Of a DNA stretch of 64,000 nucleotides, positions 9,743 to 19,164 are shown piece after piece. A program made the translations under genes and the position numbers. The notes beneath the pieces were generated by a model. It was not told where the DNA came from and did no database searches. It saw nothing but the letters and a program-made list of their open reading frames with translations. Positions within the stretch are counted from its first letter, which is position 1; each line of letters begins with the position of its first letter. Source of the DNA: Dehalococcoidia bacterium (lineage in GTDB: Bacteria; Chloroflexota; Dehalococcoidia; DSTF01; JACRBR01); assembly GCA_035650575.1 (NCBI GenBank), contig DASRHM010000017.1, positions 1,434 to 65,433 on the forward strand, given 5' to 3'.

Positions 9743-9819
9743 TGGTAGCGCCAGCGGGATTCGAACCCGCGATCTCCGCCTTGAAAGGGCGGCGTCCTAG
9801 GCCTCTAGACGATGGCGCC
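9743..9819 (-). tRNA. tRNA-Glu (anticodon UUC), CCA encoded
   Basis: Reverse complement GGCGCCATCGTCTAGAGGCCTAGGACGCCGCCCTTTCAAGGCGGAGATCGCGGGTTCGAATCCCGCTGGCGCTACCA folds as a cloverleaf with a TTC anticodon and a GTTCGAATC T-loop. Confidence 0.97.
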
Positions 9820-9925
9820 CCGCGTCCGTCCGCCCAGTATATCGAGCGCGCCGCACGCGGCCGCCCGCGCGCTTGTCCGCGGACGCCGTCTGCGGTTTGC
9901 TTGCGGGACGCAGACGGAGGTGCGC

Positions 9926-11425
9926 ATGGACGAGCGACTGCCGGTGATCATCGGCGTGGGGCAGGTGACGCAGCGGCCGGGCACGGAGCGGCCGCGCGAG
10001 CCGCTCGCGCTGATGGCGGAGGCGGCGCGGCTCGCAGAGGCGGACTCAGGCGTCGCGGGGATGTTGGGGCACGTCGACTCCGTGCGGGTGGTGAACATCA
10101 TCTCGTGGCCCTCGAAGGACCCGCCGGCCGACCTCGCGCGCGCGCTCGGCGCGTCGCCGCGCGAGCTGGTGTACACGACGATCGGCGGCAACGCGCCCCA
10201 GTGGCAGGTGAACGAGGCGGCGGAGCGGGTCCACGCGGGGGCGAGCGAGGTGACGCTGATCGCGGGCGCTGAGGCGGTGTACTCGGCGCGGCGGGCGCGG
10301 CAGCAGAACGTGGACCTCGGATGGACGCCGCGCGGGAACCCGACGCCGAACGCGGGCGACGGGCGCCCGGGGCACAACGCGATCGAGGCCGCGCACGGGG
10401 CGACGCTGCCGGTGCGGATCTACCCGCTGTTCGAGAACGCACTGCGCGCGCACTACGGGCGCGGCATCGAGGAGCACCAGCGGGCGCTCGGCGAGCTGTG
10501 CGCGCAGTTCTCGGCGGTGGCGGCGGACAACCCGCACGCCTGGTTCCGCCAGCCGAAGACGGCGGAGGAAATCGCGACGGCGGACGCGACCAATCGGTAC
10601 ATCGCCTTCCCCTACCCGAAGTACATGAACTCGATCATCGACGTCGACCAGGGGGCGGCCCTGCTCGTCGCGAGCGCCGCGGCGGCGCGGCGGCTGGGCG
10701 TGCCGGAGGACCGCCGGGTGTACCTGCACGGCTGCGGCGACGCGACGGACCACTGGTTCATTACGGAGCGCGTGGACTACCACTCGTCGCCGGCGATCCG
10801 CGCGGCGACCGGCCGCGCGCTCGCGATGGCGGGCGCGACGGCGGGCGAAATCCGCTACTTCGACCTGTACAGCTGCTTCCCTTCGGCCGTGGAAATCGGG
10901 CGGGACATGCTCGGCATCGCCCCGGACGACGGGCGCGCGCTGACGGTGACGGGCGGGCTGCCGTACTTCGGCGGGCCGGGGAACAACTACGTGACGCACA
11001 GCATCGCGACGATGGTCGAGAGGCTGCGAGACGACCGCGGAGCGCTCGGGATGGTGACGGCGAACGGCTGGTACGTGACGAAGCACTCGGCCGGCGTCTA
11101 CGGCGCGGAGCCGCCGCGGGGAGAGTGGCGCCGCACCGACCCGAAGGAGGATCAGGCGCGCATCGGCGCCGAGCCGCATCCGCCGTTCATCGCCGAGCCT
11201 TCAGGGAAGGCGACCGTAGAGACGTACACCGTCGTGTTCGACCGGGACGGTGCGCCCGAGCTGGGCATCATCATCGGCCGCACCGAGGACGGCCGGCGGT
11301 TCATCGCGAACGCGCCGGACGAGCGCGCGTTGCTCGAATCGATGACGCAGCGGGAGATGATCGGGACCGCCGGGACGGTGGTGCGCGCGCGCGACGGCGA
11401 GCGGAACGTGTTCTCGCCGGGATGA
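9926..11425 (+). CDS. Thiolase-like acetyl-CoA acetyltransferase family protein
   Basis: PVIIGVGQ, IGGNAPQ, DQGAALL, DLYSCFPSAV, TGGLPYFGGPGNNY, TKHSAGVY; GGAGGT RBS. Confidence 0.85.
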   Translation: MDERLPVIIGVGQVTQRPGTERPREPLALMAEAARLAEADSGVAGMLGHVDSVRVVNIISWPSKDPPADLARALGASPRELVYTTIGGNAPQWQVNEAAERVHAGASEVTLIAGAEAVYSARRARQQNVDLGWTPRGNPTPNAGDGRPGHNAIEAAHGATLPVRIYPLFENALRAHYGRGIEEHQRALGELCAQFSAVAADNPHAWFRQPKTAEEIATADATNRYIAFPYPKYMNSIIDVDQGAALLVASAAAARRLGVPEDRRVYLHGCGDATDHWFITERVDYHSSPAIRAATGRALAMAGATAGEIRYFDLYSCFPSAVEIGRDMLGIAPDDGRALTVTGGLPYFGGPGNNYVTHSIATMVERLRDDRGALGMVTANGWYVTKHSAGVYGAEPPRGEWRRTDPKEDQARIGAEPHPPFIAEPSGKATVETYTVVFDRDGAPELGIIIGRTEDGRRFIANAPDERALLESMTQREMIGTAGTVVRARDGERNVFSPG

Positions 11426-11613
11426 GGCGAAAAGGAGAGGACCGGAGTCGCGCGTGGTGCGGGGTTGGCGCGACCCGGCCCCCTCATCGGAATCGCTCAG
11501 AACGGGGGAGCATGTCCCGGGCGATCCCTGCCGGCTCAGGTTAGCGCGGCGGTGTTAAAGGACCTTGAACCCGGCATGAAGAGACATTTCATCGGCGCTA
11601 CAATGGCCGCCTG

Positions 11614-12564
11614 ATGCCGGCATCGCTGGACCTCCGCGGGCTCATCCCGGCGACGGTGCTGCCGCTCGACGAGCGGGAGCAGGTCGACGAGGCGGCACTG
11701 CGCGCCTATGTGCGCTGGCTGCTCGGGTTCGAGGGTCTGGCGGCGCTCGCCGTGAACATGGACACGGGCGAGGGCCCGCACCTCTCGCGCGAGGAGAAGC
11801 GCCGCGTGCTCGCGATCTATCGCGAGGAGGCGGGCGGGCGCCTGCCGTTGCTGGCGGGCATCGGCGCACGCTACACGGCGGAGGCGGTCGAGCTGGCGCG
11901 CGACGCGCAGGCAGGCGGGGCGGACGGCCTGGTCGTCTTCCCGATCCCGGCGTTCGCCGGCGACCCGCTGCCGCCGGAGGTGCCGTACGAGTACCACCGC
12001 GCCATCGCGGACGCCGTGCCGCTGCCCATGGTGCTGTTCCAGCTGCAGCCGGCGCTCGCCGGCGCGCTGTTCTCGCGAGAGACGCTGCTGCGGCTGATCG
12101 AGATCCCGACCGTGGTCGCGATCAAAGAGGCATCGTTCGACGCGGTGCGCTTCGTGCAGACGCGGCGGGTGCTCGATGAGGCGCCGCGGCGCATCACGCT
12201 GCTCACGGGGAACGACAACTTCATCTTCGAGTCGTTCGTGCTGGGCGCGGAGGGCGCGCTGATCGGCTTCGGGACCGTGGCCATCGCCGAGCAGATCGAG
12301 ATGATACGGCTGCTGGCGGCAGGCGATGTCGCCGGGGCGCGGGCGGTCAACGACGAGACGGTGCGGCCGCTCGCGGACGCGATGTTCGCGCCGCCGGTGC
12401 GGAATTACCGGGCGCGGCTGAAGGAAGCGCTCCGGCAGATGGGCGTGATCCCGTGCGCGAAGGTGCGGCGGCCGCTGCTCGACCTCGACGATGGCGAGCG
12501 CGAGGCCGTGGCCCGGGCGCTGGCGTCGGTGGGTGCCGGAAGCCAGATGACGGAGGTCGGGTAG
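11614..12564 (+). CDS. DapA/NAL-family class I aldolase-fold protein with a non-canonical active site
   Basis: DTGEGPHLS, ADAVPLPMVL, AIKEAS (Schiff-base Lys), LLTGND. Confidence 0.85.
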   Translation: MPASLDLRGLIPATVLPLDEREQVDEAALRAYVRWLLGFEGLAALAVNMDTGEGPHLSREEKRRVLAIYREEAGGRLPLLAGIGARYTAEAVELARDAQAGGADGLVVFPIPAFAGDPLPPEVPYEYHRAIADAVPLPMVLFQLQPALAGALFSRETLLRLIEIPTVVAIKEASFDAVRFVQTRRVLDEAPRRITLLTGNDNFIFESFVLGAEGALIGFGTVAIAEQIEMIRLLAAGDVAGARAVNDETVRPLADAMFAPPVRNYRARLKEALRQMGVIPCAKVRRPLLDLDDGEREAVARALASVGAGSQMTEVG

Positions 12565-12650
12565 GTTCGCGCGCGCTCGCCCGCACAGCCGGGCGCAGCC
12601 TAGACCCGACGGCCGTGCTGTGGCATCTTCCATCGCACCGGGAGTAGGAA

Positions 12651-13766
12651 TTGGCGGGACCGATCGGCATCGGCGTCATCGGCGCGGGCGGCATCTCGCA
12701 CTCGCACCTGATCTCGTACACGAAGAGCCGCGCGAACCGCGAGCTCTGCCGCGTCGTCGCGATCGCCGACATCGACGAGGGGCGGGCGCGCGAGCAGGCG
12801 CAGACGTACGACATTCCGCACGTCTTCACGGACTATCGTGATCTGATCGCGCACCCCGAGGTGCAGGCGGTGAGCGTGTGCACGCCACCCTTCCTGCACG
12901 TCGAGCAGTCGTGCGCGGCGCTGCGGGCGGGCAAGCACGTGCTCTGCGAGAAACCAGTATCGCCGACGCTCGCCGGGCTCGACGCGATCGCGCAGGCCGA
13001 GCGCGAAGGCGGGGCCACGTTCGAAGGCGTCTTCCAGCATCGCGTAGGGCAGGGCGCGCAGCAGGTGAAGGCGCTGATCGATCGCGGCGCCTTCGGGCGG
13101 CTGGTCTTCGGGCTGTCGGAGACGTTGTGGCAGCGGCCGCAGGAGTACTACGACGTGTGGTGGCGCGGGACGTGGGAGCAGGAGTGCGGCGGCGTGACGA
13201 TGGGGCACGGGATCCACAGCATCGACATGCTGCTGTGGCTGATGGGGGAGCCGGAATCGCTCATCGCCGACGCCGCGACCGTCAAGCTCGACATCGGCGT
13301 CGAGGACACGGCGCTGGCGAGCGTGCGCTTCCGCAGCGGGGCGCTGGGGCAGATCATCGTGACGGTGAACGCGCAGGACAACCGCAGCCGGCTCGAGATC
13401 TTCGGGACGAAGCTGCAGGCGGTGTCGTCGGAGTCGCCATACGACCCGACGCGCGAAGCGTTCGCGTTGACGTCGCTCGACGAGACGCACGCCGAGGACG
13501 CGCGCGCATGGGCGCAAGCGCAGTACCCGGAGACGCCGCGGCACCTGCACGGGCCGATGGTCCACGACTTTCTGCGGGCGATCCTCGACAGCCGGCCGCC
13601 GCTGGTGGGCGTCGCGGAGTGCCGGCGATCGATGGAGGCGATCACGGGGCTGTACAAGTCGGCGATGACCGGCGAGCGCGTGCGCTTCCCGATCGCGTCG
13701 GACGACCCGTTCTACTCGTGCATCCCGGCCGAGGGCCACGCGCTGACGCCGGTCACGCGCAGCTGA
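12651..13766 (+). CDS. Gfo/Idh/MocA family oxidoreductase
   Basis: GVIGAGGI, CTPPFLH, GKHVLCEKP, GHGIHSID. Confidence 0.92.
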   Translation: MAGPIGIGVIGAGGISHSHLISYTKSRANRELCRVVAIADIDEGRAREQAQTYDIPHVFTDYRDLIAHPEVQAVSVCTPPFLHVEQSCAALRAGKHVLCEKPVSPTLAGLDAIAQAEREGGATFEGVFQHRVGQGAQQVKALIDRGAFGRLVFGLSETLWQRPQEYYDVWWRGTWEQECGGVTMGHGIHSIDMLLWLMGEPESLIADAATVKLDIGVEDTALASVRFRSGALGQIIVTVNAQDNRSRLEIFGTKLQAVSSESPYDPTREAFALTSLDETHAEDARAWAQAQYPETPRHLHGPMVHDFLRAILDSRPPLVGVAECRRSMEAITGLYKSAMTGERVRFPIASDDPFYSCIPAEGHALTPVTRS

Positions 13767-13777
13767 GGGGAGGGCGG

Positions 13778-14977
13778 ATGCCGTTCGCCGCGCAGATCGG
13801 GCCCGTGACGACGCCACGCGAGAACTTCATCGCCGAGGCGGCGCTGCCGGCGGAGGCGCTGCCGGCGGGCGACCTGGAGATGGTGGACGCGGACACCGGC
13901 GAGGCGACACCGGCGCAGGCGGACACCGTCACGGGCGAGGCGCGCATCGCGTGGCACGTGAAGGAACTGGCACCGGGCGACCGGCGGACGTTCGAGCTGC
14001 GCACTGCGGCGGCACCCCACGACCGGCGCAAGGGCATCGAGCTGCACCGGCAGGACGAAGACGGGCGGATCGTCGTCTATCACGGCGGGCTGCTGCAGAC
14101 TATCTACCACTACGGGCCGCCGAGCTACCGGCCGCGCTTCGCACCGAACGTGGCGCCGTGCGGACGGCCCGGCACGACCGTGAACAGCCGCGACGGCTCG
14201 CAACCGAAGTCGATCACCGACGACGGGCCACCCGACCACACGTGGCATCGCTCGCTCTGGTACGCGTGCGGAGACGTGAACGGCGTCGACTTCTACCTCG
14301 AACCGGCGGCGATGGGCTCGCAGTACCGGCCGCACGTCGGCGCGGGGTACGGGCGGATCGTGCATCGTGCGTGGGACTGGGTGGAGGACGGGCCGGCGTG
14401 GGGCGGCTTCCAGCAGCGCTGCGCGTGGGTGGCGCCGGACGGGCGCGTGCTGGTCGACGACGTGCGGCGCTTCCGGCTGTACCGGCTGCGCGGTCGCGTG
14501 CGGCTGTTCGACATCGAGGCGGAGTTCACGCCCCACGACGGCGCGGTGACGTTCGGGCAGACGAACGAGAACGCCCTGCCGCTGATGCGCGTCGCGGACA
14601 TCATCGACGAGTGGGACGGCGGGACGATGTCGCTGTCGACCGGGCTGACGGGCTCGCCCGAGTGCTTCGGGCAGCGCGCCGAGTGGGCGGACTGCAGCGG
14701 TCCGTTCACGCGCGCGCCGGGCCTGGAGCCGGAGGTCTTCGGGATCGCGATGCTCGACCATCCTTCGAACCGCAACCATCCGAACGCGTGGTTCGTGCGC
14801 GGTTACGGGCCAGTCGGCACGAACCTGCCGTTTTTCGATGGGCCGCTGACGCTGCAGCCGGGCGAGACGTGGACGTTGCGGCACCGGCTCTACATCCACC
14901 CGGGATACGCGGATGAGGCCGGCGTCGCGGCGCGCTTCGCGGAGTACGCGGACCCGGCGCCCGCGACGCCCGCCTGA
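13778..14977 (+). CDS. DUF6807 / 'PmoA-like' family protein (probable sugar-binding beta-sandwich)
   Basis: ITDDGPPDHTWHRSLWY, DVNGVDFY, MLDHPSN..HPNAWFVRGYG, LRHRLYIH. Confidence 0.7.
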   Translation: MPFAAQIGPVTTPRENFIAEAALPAEALPAGDLEMVDADTGEATPAQADTVTGEARIAWHVKELAPGDRRTFELRTAAAPHDRRKGIELHRQDEDGRIVVYHGGLLQTIYHYGPPSYRPRFAPNVAPCGRPGTTVNSRDGSQPKSITDDGPPDHTWHRSLWYACGDVNGVDFYLEPAAMGSQYRPHVGAGYGRIVHRAWDWVEDGPAWGGFQQRCAWVAPDGRVLVDDVRRFRLYRLRGRVRLFDIEAEFTPHDGAVTFGQTNENALPLMRVADIIDEWDGGTMSLSTGLTGSPECFGQRAEWADCSGPFTRAPGLEPEVFGIAMLDHPSNRNHPNAWFVRGYGPVGTNLPFFDGPLTLQPGETWTLRHRLYIHPGYADEAGVAARFAEYADPAPATPA

Positions 14978-14991
14978 GCGCCGCATCGCGC

Positions 14992-15738
14992 ATGCCGCGC
15001 GCGGCGAAGCAGCGCCTCGACCTCGCGCTCGTGGAACGCGGGCTCGCGGAGACGCGCGAGAAGGCGCGGGCGCTGATCCTCGCGGGCGACGTGCTCGTCG
15101 CGGGGCGGACGGAGCGTCGCGCGGGCGCGACGGTCACGCCGGAGACGGCGATCGAGGTGGCGGCGCCGCCCCGTTTCGTGAGCCGCGGCGGCGAGAAACT
15201 CGACCACGCGCTGGCGCAGTTCGGGATCGACGTCGCGGGGCGCGTGGCGCTCGACGCCGGCGCCTCGACCGGCGGCTTCACCGACTGCCTGCTGCAGCGG
15301 GGCGCGGCGCGCGTCTACGCGGTGGACGTGGGCTACGGGCAGTTGCACCCGAAGCTGCGCGACGACCGGCGCGTCGTCGTCATGGAGCGCACGAACGCAC
15401 GCGACCTGACATCCCTGCCGGAAGCGCCGTCGCTGCTGACGGTCGACGCCTCGTTCATCTCGCTGCGGAAGCTGCTGCCCGCGCTGCTGCCGCTGCTGGC
15501 ACCGGCGGCGGACATCGTGCCGCTCGTGAAGCCGCAGTTCGAGGCGGAGCGCGCGGAGGTGAAGCGCGGCGTCGTACGCGACCCGCAGGTGCACGCCGCG
15601 GTCATCGGGCGGGTCGCGTGGTGGTGCGTGAACCACGGGCTGCGCGTGCGCGGTGTGGCGATGTCGCCGCTGCTCGGGCCAGCGGGGAACCGCGAGTTCT
15701 TCCTCTGGCTGCGGCTGGTTGACGACGGCCAAGACTAG
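14992..15738 (+). CDS. tlyA: TlyA family rRNA (cytidine-2'-O)-methyltransferase
   Basis: S4 domain RLDLALVERGL, FVSRGGEKL, LDAGASTGGFTD, DASFISL, LVKPQFE, GPAGNREF. Confidence 0.95.
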   Translation: MPRAAKQRLDLALVERGLAETREKARALILAGDVLVAGRTERRAGATVTPETAIEVAAPPRFVSRGGEKLDHALAQFGIDVAGRVALDAGASTGGFTDCLLQRGAARVYAVDVGYGQLHPKLRDDRRVVVMERTNARDLTSLPEAPSLLTVDASFISLRKLLPALLPLLAPAADIVPLVKPQFEAERAEVKRGVVRDPQVHAAVIGRVAWWCVNHGLRVRGVAMSPLLGPAGNREFFLWLRLVDDGQD

Positions 15739-15749
15739 CGGCGGGCGCG

Positions 15750-15758
15750 TGCTATCGT
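15750..15758 (+). promoter_or_regulatory. Extended -10 element (TGnTATCGT), 7 nt before the nadK ATG; probable leaderless transcript
   Basis: TGCTATCGT-tgcggcg-ATG with no Shine-Dalgarno sequence. Confidence 0.55.
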
Positions 15759-15765
15759 TGCGGCG

Positions 15766-16605
15766 ATGGACGTGCGGAAGGCCGGCGTCACCTACCACCC
15801 GAAGTCCGACGCGGCGCGGCGCGCGGCGGAGGAGATCCGCGCGCTGCTGGCGCCGCGGCTGCGCGCCGTCTGGACCGGGTCCGCGTGGGACGAGTCCACG
15901 CGCGGCGAGCTGGAGGACACGGACCTCGTCGTCTGCTGCGGGGGCGACGGCACGGTGCTGCGCGCCGCGCGGGCGGTGATCCCCTACCCGGTCGTGATCC
16001 TCGGCGTGAACCTGGGGCGCATCGGCTTCCTCACGGAGACGAGCCCGGCGGGCATCGCGGACCAGCTCGACGCGATCGTCGGCGGCGCCGGGCGCGTGGA
16101 GACGCGCGCGATGGTCGAGACCGAGACGGTCCGCGCGGGGCACGAGATCGGTGAGCGGTTCCACGCGCTGAACGACGTGGTCGTCGGGCGGCGGGCGATC
16201 GGACGGACGGTGCAGTTCAGCGTGCGGACGGACAGCACGACCGTCGGCGACTACCGCGCGGACGGCGTGATCGTGGCGACGGCGACGGGGAGCACGGCGT
16301 ACTCGCTGAGCGTCGGCGGGCCGATCCTGCACCCGGAATCGCGCGAGATCATCGTCACGCCGGTGGCGCCGCACCTGGCGCCGGCGAACAGCGTCGTGCT
16401 GCCGGCGGGATCGCTCGTCGAGGTGGAGATCGTCGCCGGACAGACGGCGATCCTGAGCATCGACGGCGAGCCGGACATGGACCTGTCGGGCGGCGACTGC
16501 GTGCGCGTGCGGACGAGCGAGCACCAGGCGCGCTTCCTGCGGCTGGGGCCGCCGGGCGAGTTCTACGTGCGCGTCGGGCGGCGGCTCAACTGGCTCCACG
16601 AGTAG
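15766..16605 (+). CDS. nadK: NAD+ kinase
   Basis: GGDGTVL, NLGRIGFL, ALNDVV, DGVIVATATGSTAYSLSVGGP. Confidence 0.95.
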   Translation: MDVRKAGVTYHPKSDAARRAAEEIRALLAPRLRAVWTGSAWDESTRGELEDTDLVVCCGGDGTVLRAARAVIPYPVVILGVNLGRIGFLTETSPAGIADQLDAIVGGAGRVETRAMVETETVRAGHEIGERFHALNDVVVGRRAIGRTVQFSVRTDSTTVGDYRADGVIVATATGSTAYSLSVGGPILHPESREIIVTPVAPHLAPANSVVLPAGSLVEVEIVAGQTAILSIDGEPDMDLSGGDCVRVRTSEHQARFLRLGPPGEFYVRVGRRLNWLHE

Positions 16606-16651
16606 CGGGCCGGTCGCGGCGGTGCGGCGCAACCGCTACGATGTCCCCACG

Positions 16652-17134
16652 GTGACCGCGACGACCTTCACCCTCGTGCGCGCATCGATCGCCGATGCGC
16701 AGGCCATCCACGACCTCGTGAACACCTTCGCGCGCAAGGGCGAGATGCTGCCGCGCACGATGTCCGAGGTCTACCAGAACCTGCGCGACTTCTACGTCGC
16801 CCGGGACGATGGGGGCGAGACCGTCGCCTGCGGCGGGCTGCACATCCTCTGGTCGGACATGGGCGAGATCAAGTCGCTGGCGGTGCGCGAGGATCAGCAG
16901 GGCCACGGGCTGGGCGCGCGCATCGTGCGGGCGTGCCTCGACGAGGCGCGGGTGCTCGGGCTGGAGACGGCGTTCGCGCTGACGTACCGGCCGGGGTTCT
17001 TCGAGAAGCTGGGCTTCACGCAGGCGGACGTGATGACGCTGCCGCGCAAGGTGTGGGGCGAGTGCTACCGCTGCCCGAAGTTCCCGACGTGCAACGAGAT
17101 CGCGATGGTGCGTCCGGTCGGGGACGGCGCGTGA
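16652..17134 (+). CDS. GNAT amino-acid N-acetyltransferase (short ArgA-like); start uncertain
   Basis: MLPR...VYQNLRDF, EIKSLAV, QGHGLG, FALTYRPGFF, LPRKVWGEC..CPKF..CNE. Confidence 0.85.
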   Translation: MTATTFTLVRASIADAQAIHDLVNTFARKGEMLPRTMSEVYQNLRDFYVARDDGGETVACGGLHILWSDMGEIKSLAVREDQQGHGLGARIVRACLDEARVLGLETAFALTYRPGFFEKLGFTQADVMTLPRKVWGECYRCPKFPTCNEIAMVRPVGDGA

Positions 17135-17691
17135 CGCACGAGGCCGCGGACCAGCTGGAGATCCCGGAGGTCGCCGCCAGCCGGCGCGTGTTCGAGGGCA
17201 AGATGATCGGCACGCGCGTCGATACCGTGCGCTTCGGCGACGGGACGTCGTACGACCGCGAGGTCGTCGAGTACGGCGTCGCGGTGGTGCTGGTGCCGGT
17301 GGCGGCGGACGGCTCGCTGCTGCTGGTGCGGCAGTACCGGCACCCGGCGCGGCGCTGGCTGCTCGAACTGCCCGCGGGCGGCGTCGACGCGCGCGACGAG
17401 TCACCGGAGTCGGCGGCGATGCGCGAGCTGCGCGAGGAGACGGGGCACGCGGGGACGCTCGAGCGCATCGGCGGGATGTACCTGGCGCCGGGGTACTCCG
17501 AGGAGTACCAGCACGTGTACGTCGCGCGGGACCTGCGCGAGGACGCGCTGGCGCACGACGAAGACGAGGACCTGCGGCTCGAGCGGATGCCGCTCGAAGC
17601 GGTGCTGGACGCGGTGGGGCGCGAGGAGATCCGGGACGCGAAGAGCATCGCGGGGTTGTTCATGTATCTGCGCTGGCTGCGCCGCGTGTAG
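17131..17691 (+). CDS. NUDIX hydrolase (ADP-ribose pyrophosphatase-like)
   Basis: VRQYRHP, ELPAGG......AAMRELREETG, DEDEDL, IRDAKS. Confidence 0.92.
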   Translation: MTHEAADQLEIPEVAASRRVFEGKMIGTRVDTVRFGDGTSYDREVVEYGVAVVLVPVAADGSLLLVRQYRHPARRWLLELPAGGVDARDESPESAAMRELREETGHAGTLERIGGMYLAPGYSEEYQHVYVARDLREDALAHDEDEDLRLERMPLEAVLDAVGREEIRDAKSIAGLFMYLRWLRRV

Positions 17692-17865
17692 GCCGCCGGT
17701 TGCTGGTCGTTGGCCGGGCCGACGCGCGGTCGGGTGCTCCAACAGGCGGATGTTCGATGTTGGAGCGGAGCGGCACGCAGATTCGCTTCGGACGAAGGTG
17801 CGCCGCAGACGCGTGCGCCGCGCGCCGCCACGCGGGCGAGAGATGATCCTTCCAGCAGGCGAGGG

Positions 17866-17890
17866 ACCCTTCGCTTCGCGCTCAGGGTGA
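17866..17890 (+). repeat. REP-like element (cccttcgcttcgcgctcagggtga)
   Basis: Resembles, from memory, the widespread intergenic ccttcgctgcgctcaggatgac palindromic repeat class; only one copy in this window. Confidence 0.4.
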
Positions 17891-17933
17891 TAGCGCACCG
17901 ACTGCAATTTCCCGCCGGTCGAACAACACACTG

Positions 17934-17957
17934 AGGGGCGGACTTGCGTCCGCCCCT
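17934..17957. terminator. Perfect 10-bp hairpin between convergent genes
   Basis: AGGGGCGGAC-TTGC-GTCCGCCCCT, followed by T-rich sequence on the + strand. Confidence 0.65.
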
Positions 17958-17982
17958 GTTGTCCCTCTTTGTGTTCGGCCGG

Positions 17983-18471
17983 CTACTGGATGACGTCGAT
18001 GCGCCAGGCCTGGCCGTCGGGGGCGGTGAAGACGAGGGCCAGCGGGTTGTCGGGGTAGACGCTGGTCTTCGCGGGCAACGTCACGTCGAGCGTTGCCTGC
18101 TCGCCGGAGCGCAGGACGTTGTCGCCCCGGCCCCCGCTCCAGGTGATGCTGTAGTCCGCGGGCACCGCCGCCGCGGCGCCTTCGCCCATCACGGTCTCCG
18201 CGCGCAGGCGGGCGTCGGTGAAGTCGATGCTCTCGCCGCCGTCGTTCACGACCGGGACGACGACGTGGCGGACGATGCCGTCCTGGGCGTCGACCTGGGG
18301 CTGGCCATCGACGTGCAGCGCCGCCGCCATCGGCGCGTCGGTGCCGAAGCCGGGGAGCGCCGACGAGACGTGGCGCCAGGGCTGGGCGAACCAGAGCGCG
18401 GCCGCCGCGAACGCCGCGAGCGCCAGCAGGGTCATCGTGCGGGAGTGGATGCGAGCGGGGATCGTCACCAT
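17983..18471 (-). CDS. Hypothetical single-TM protein with an archaellin/ArlF-G-like beta domain
   Basis: N-terminal hydrophobic helix, then GGESIDF, YSITWSGGRGDNVLRSGEQATLDV and LALVFTAPDG; GAGGT RBS. Confidence 0.55.
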   Translation of the reverse strand: MVTIPARIHSRTMTLLALAAFAAAALWFAQPWRHVSSALPGFGTDAPMAAALHVDGQPQVDAQDGIVRHVVVPVVNDGGESIDFTDARLRAETVMGEGAAAAVPADYSITWSGGRGDNVLRSGEQATLDVTLPAKTSVYPDNPLALVFTAPDGQAWRIDVIQ

Positions 18472-18657
18472 TGCTACCTCTGTCCGTTCTCTGCCTTCCC
18501 CTCGTAGAACGCAGGGCACGTCAAGAGTGTTACCCGCGGGCGGAGAGAAAAACATCGGCCAATGGGCGGAGGCGCGGCGGGCCGAGCGGCGCGCGCCTGC
18601 GCGGGGAGTGAGGGCAAGAAGCGAGCGGCGCGAGGGGCGCAGGCCGGGGCGTCGGCG

Positions 18658-19164
18658 CTAGCCGACCAGGGCGCGGGCGCGGAGCTGCATGGCGTGGCAG
18701 AGGGCGACCGCGAGAGCGTCCGAGGCGTTGAGGTCCGCCGGCGGCTTGGCCATGCCGAGCTGGAGGCGAAGCATCTCGCGCACCTGGGCCTTCTCGCCGC
18801 GGCCGCTGCCGGCGACGGCCTGCTTCACCGTCGCGGGCGGGTAATGGTGCACGGGGACGCCGGCGAGCGCGGCGGCGAGCATGGCGACGGTGCGGGCCTC
18901 GCCGACGGCCATGGCAGAGCGGACGTTGGCGCCGACGAAGGGCTCCTCGACCGCCATCTCGGCAGGGCGATGGCGCGCGATGACCTCGCGCAGGCCCTCG
19001 AAGATCTCGAGCAGGCGACGGTCGAGCGGAAGCCGCGCGGACGGGGCGATGATGTCAGCTTCGAGCGCGCGGGCGTCGGCGCCTCCGGCCACGACGATGC
19101 CCCAGCCGGTGACGCGGGTGCCGGGGTCGACGCCGAGGATCACGACCGGCGGGTCGTGCGCCAC
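18658..19164 (-). CDS. ruvC: Holliday junction resolvase RuvC
   Basis: ILGVDPG...TGWG, MAVEEPF, VKQAVAGSGRGEKAQV, SDALAVALCH. Confidence 0.96.
   Translation of the reverse strand: MAHDPPVVILGVDPGTRVTGWGIVVAGGADARALEADIIAPSARLPLDRRLLEIFEGLREVIARHRPAEMAVEEPFVGANVRSAMAVGEARTVAMLAAALAGVPVHHYPPATVKQAVAGSGRGEKAQVREMLRLQLGMAKPPADLNASDALAVALCHAMQLRARALVG

Noticed and set aside
7830-9819. Genomic island integrated at tRNA-Glu
   Set aside because: No integrase, no duplicated tRNA 3' end seen in the window, and normal codon use in the adjacent genes.
13778-14977. Methane monooxygenase subunit (because of the 'PmoA' family label)
   Set aside because: Soluble beta-type protein with no TM helices and no pmoB or pmoC; the label is only a database family name.
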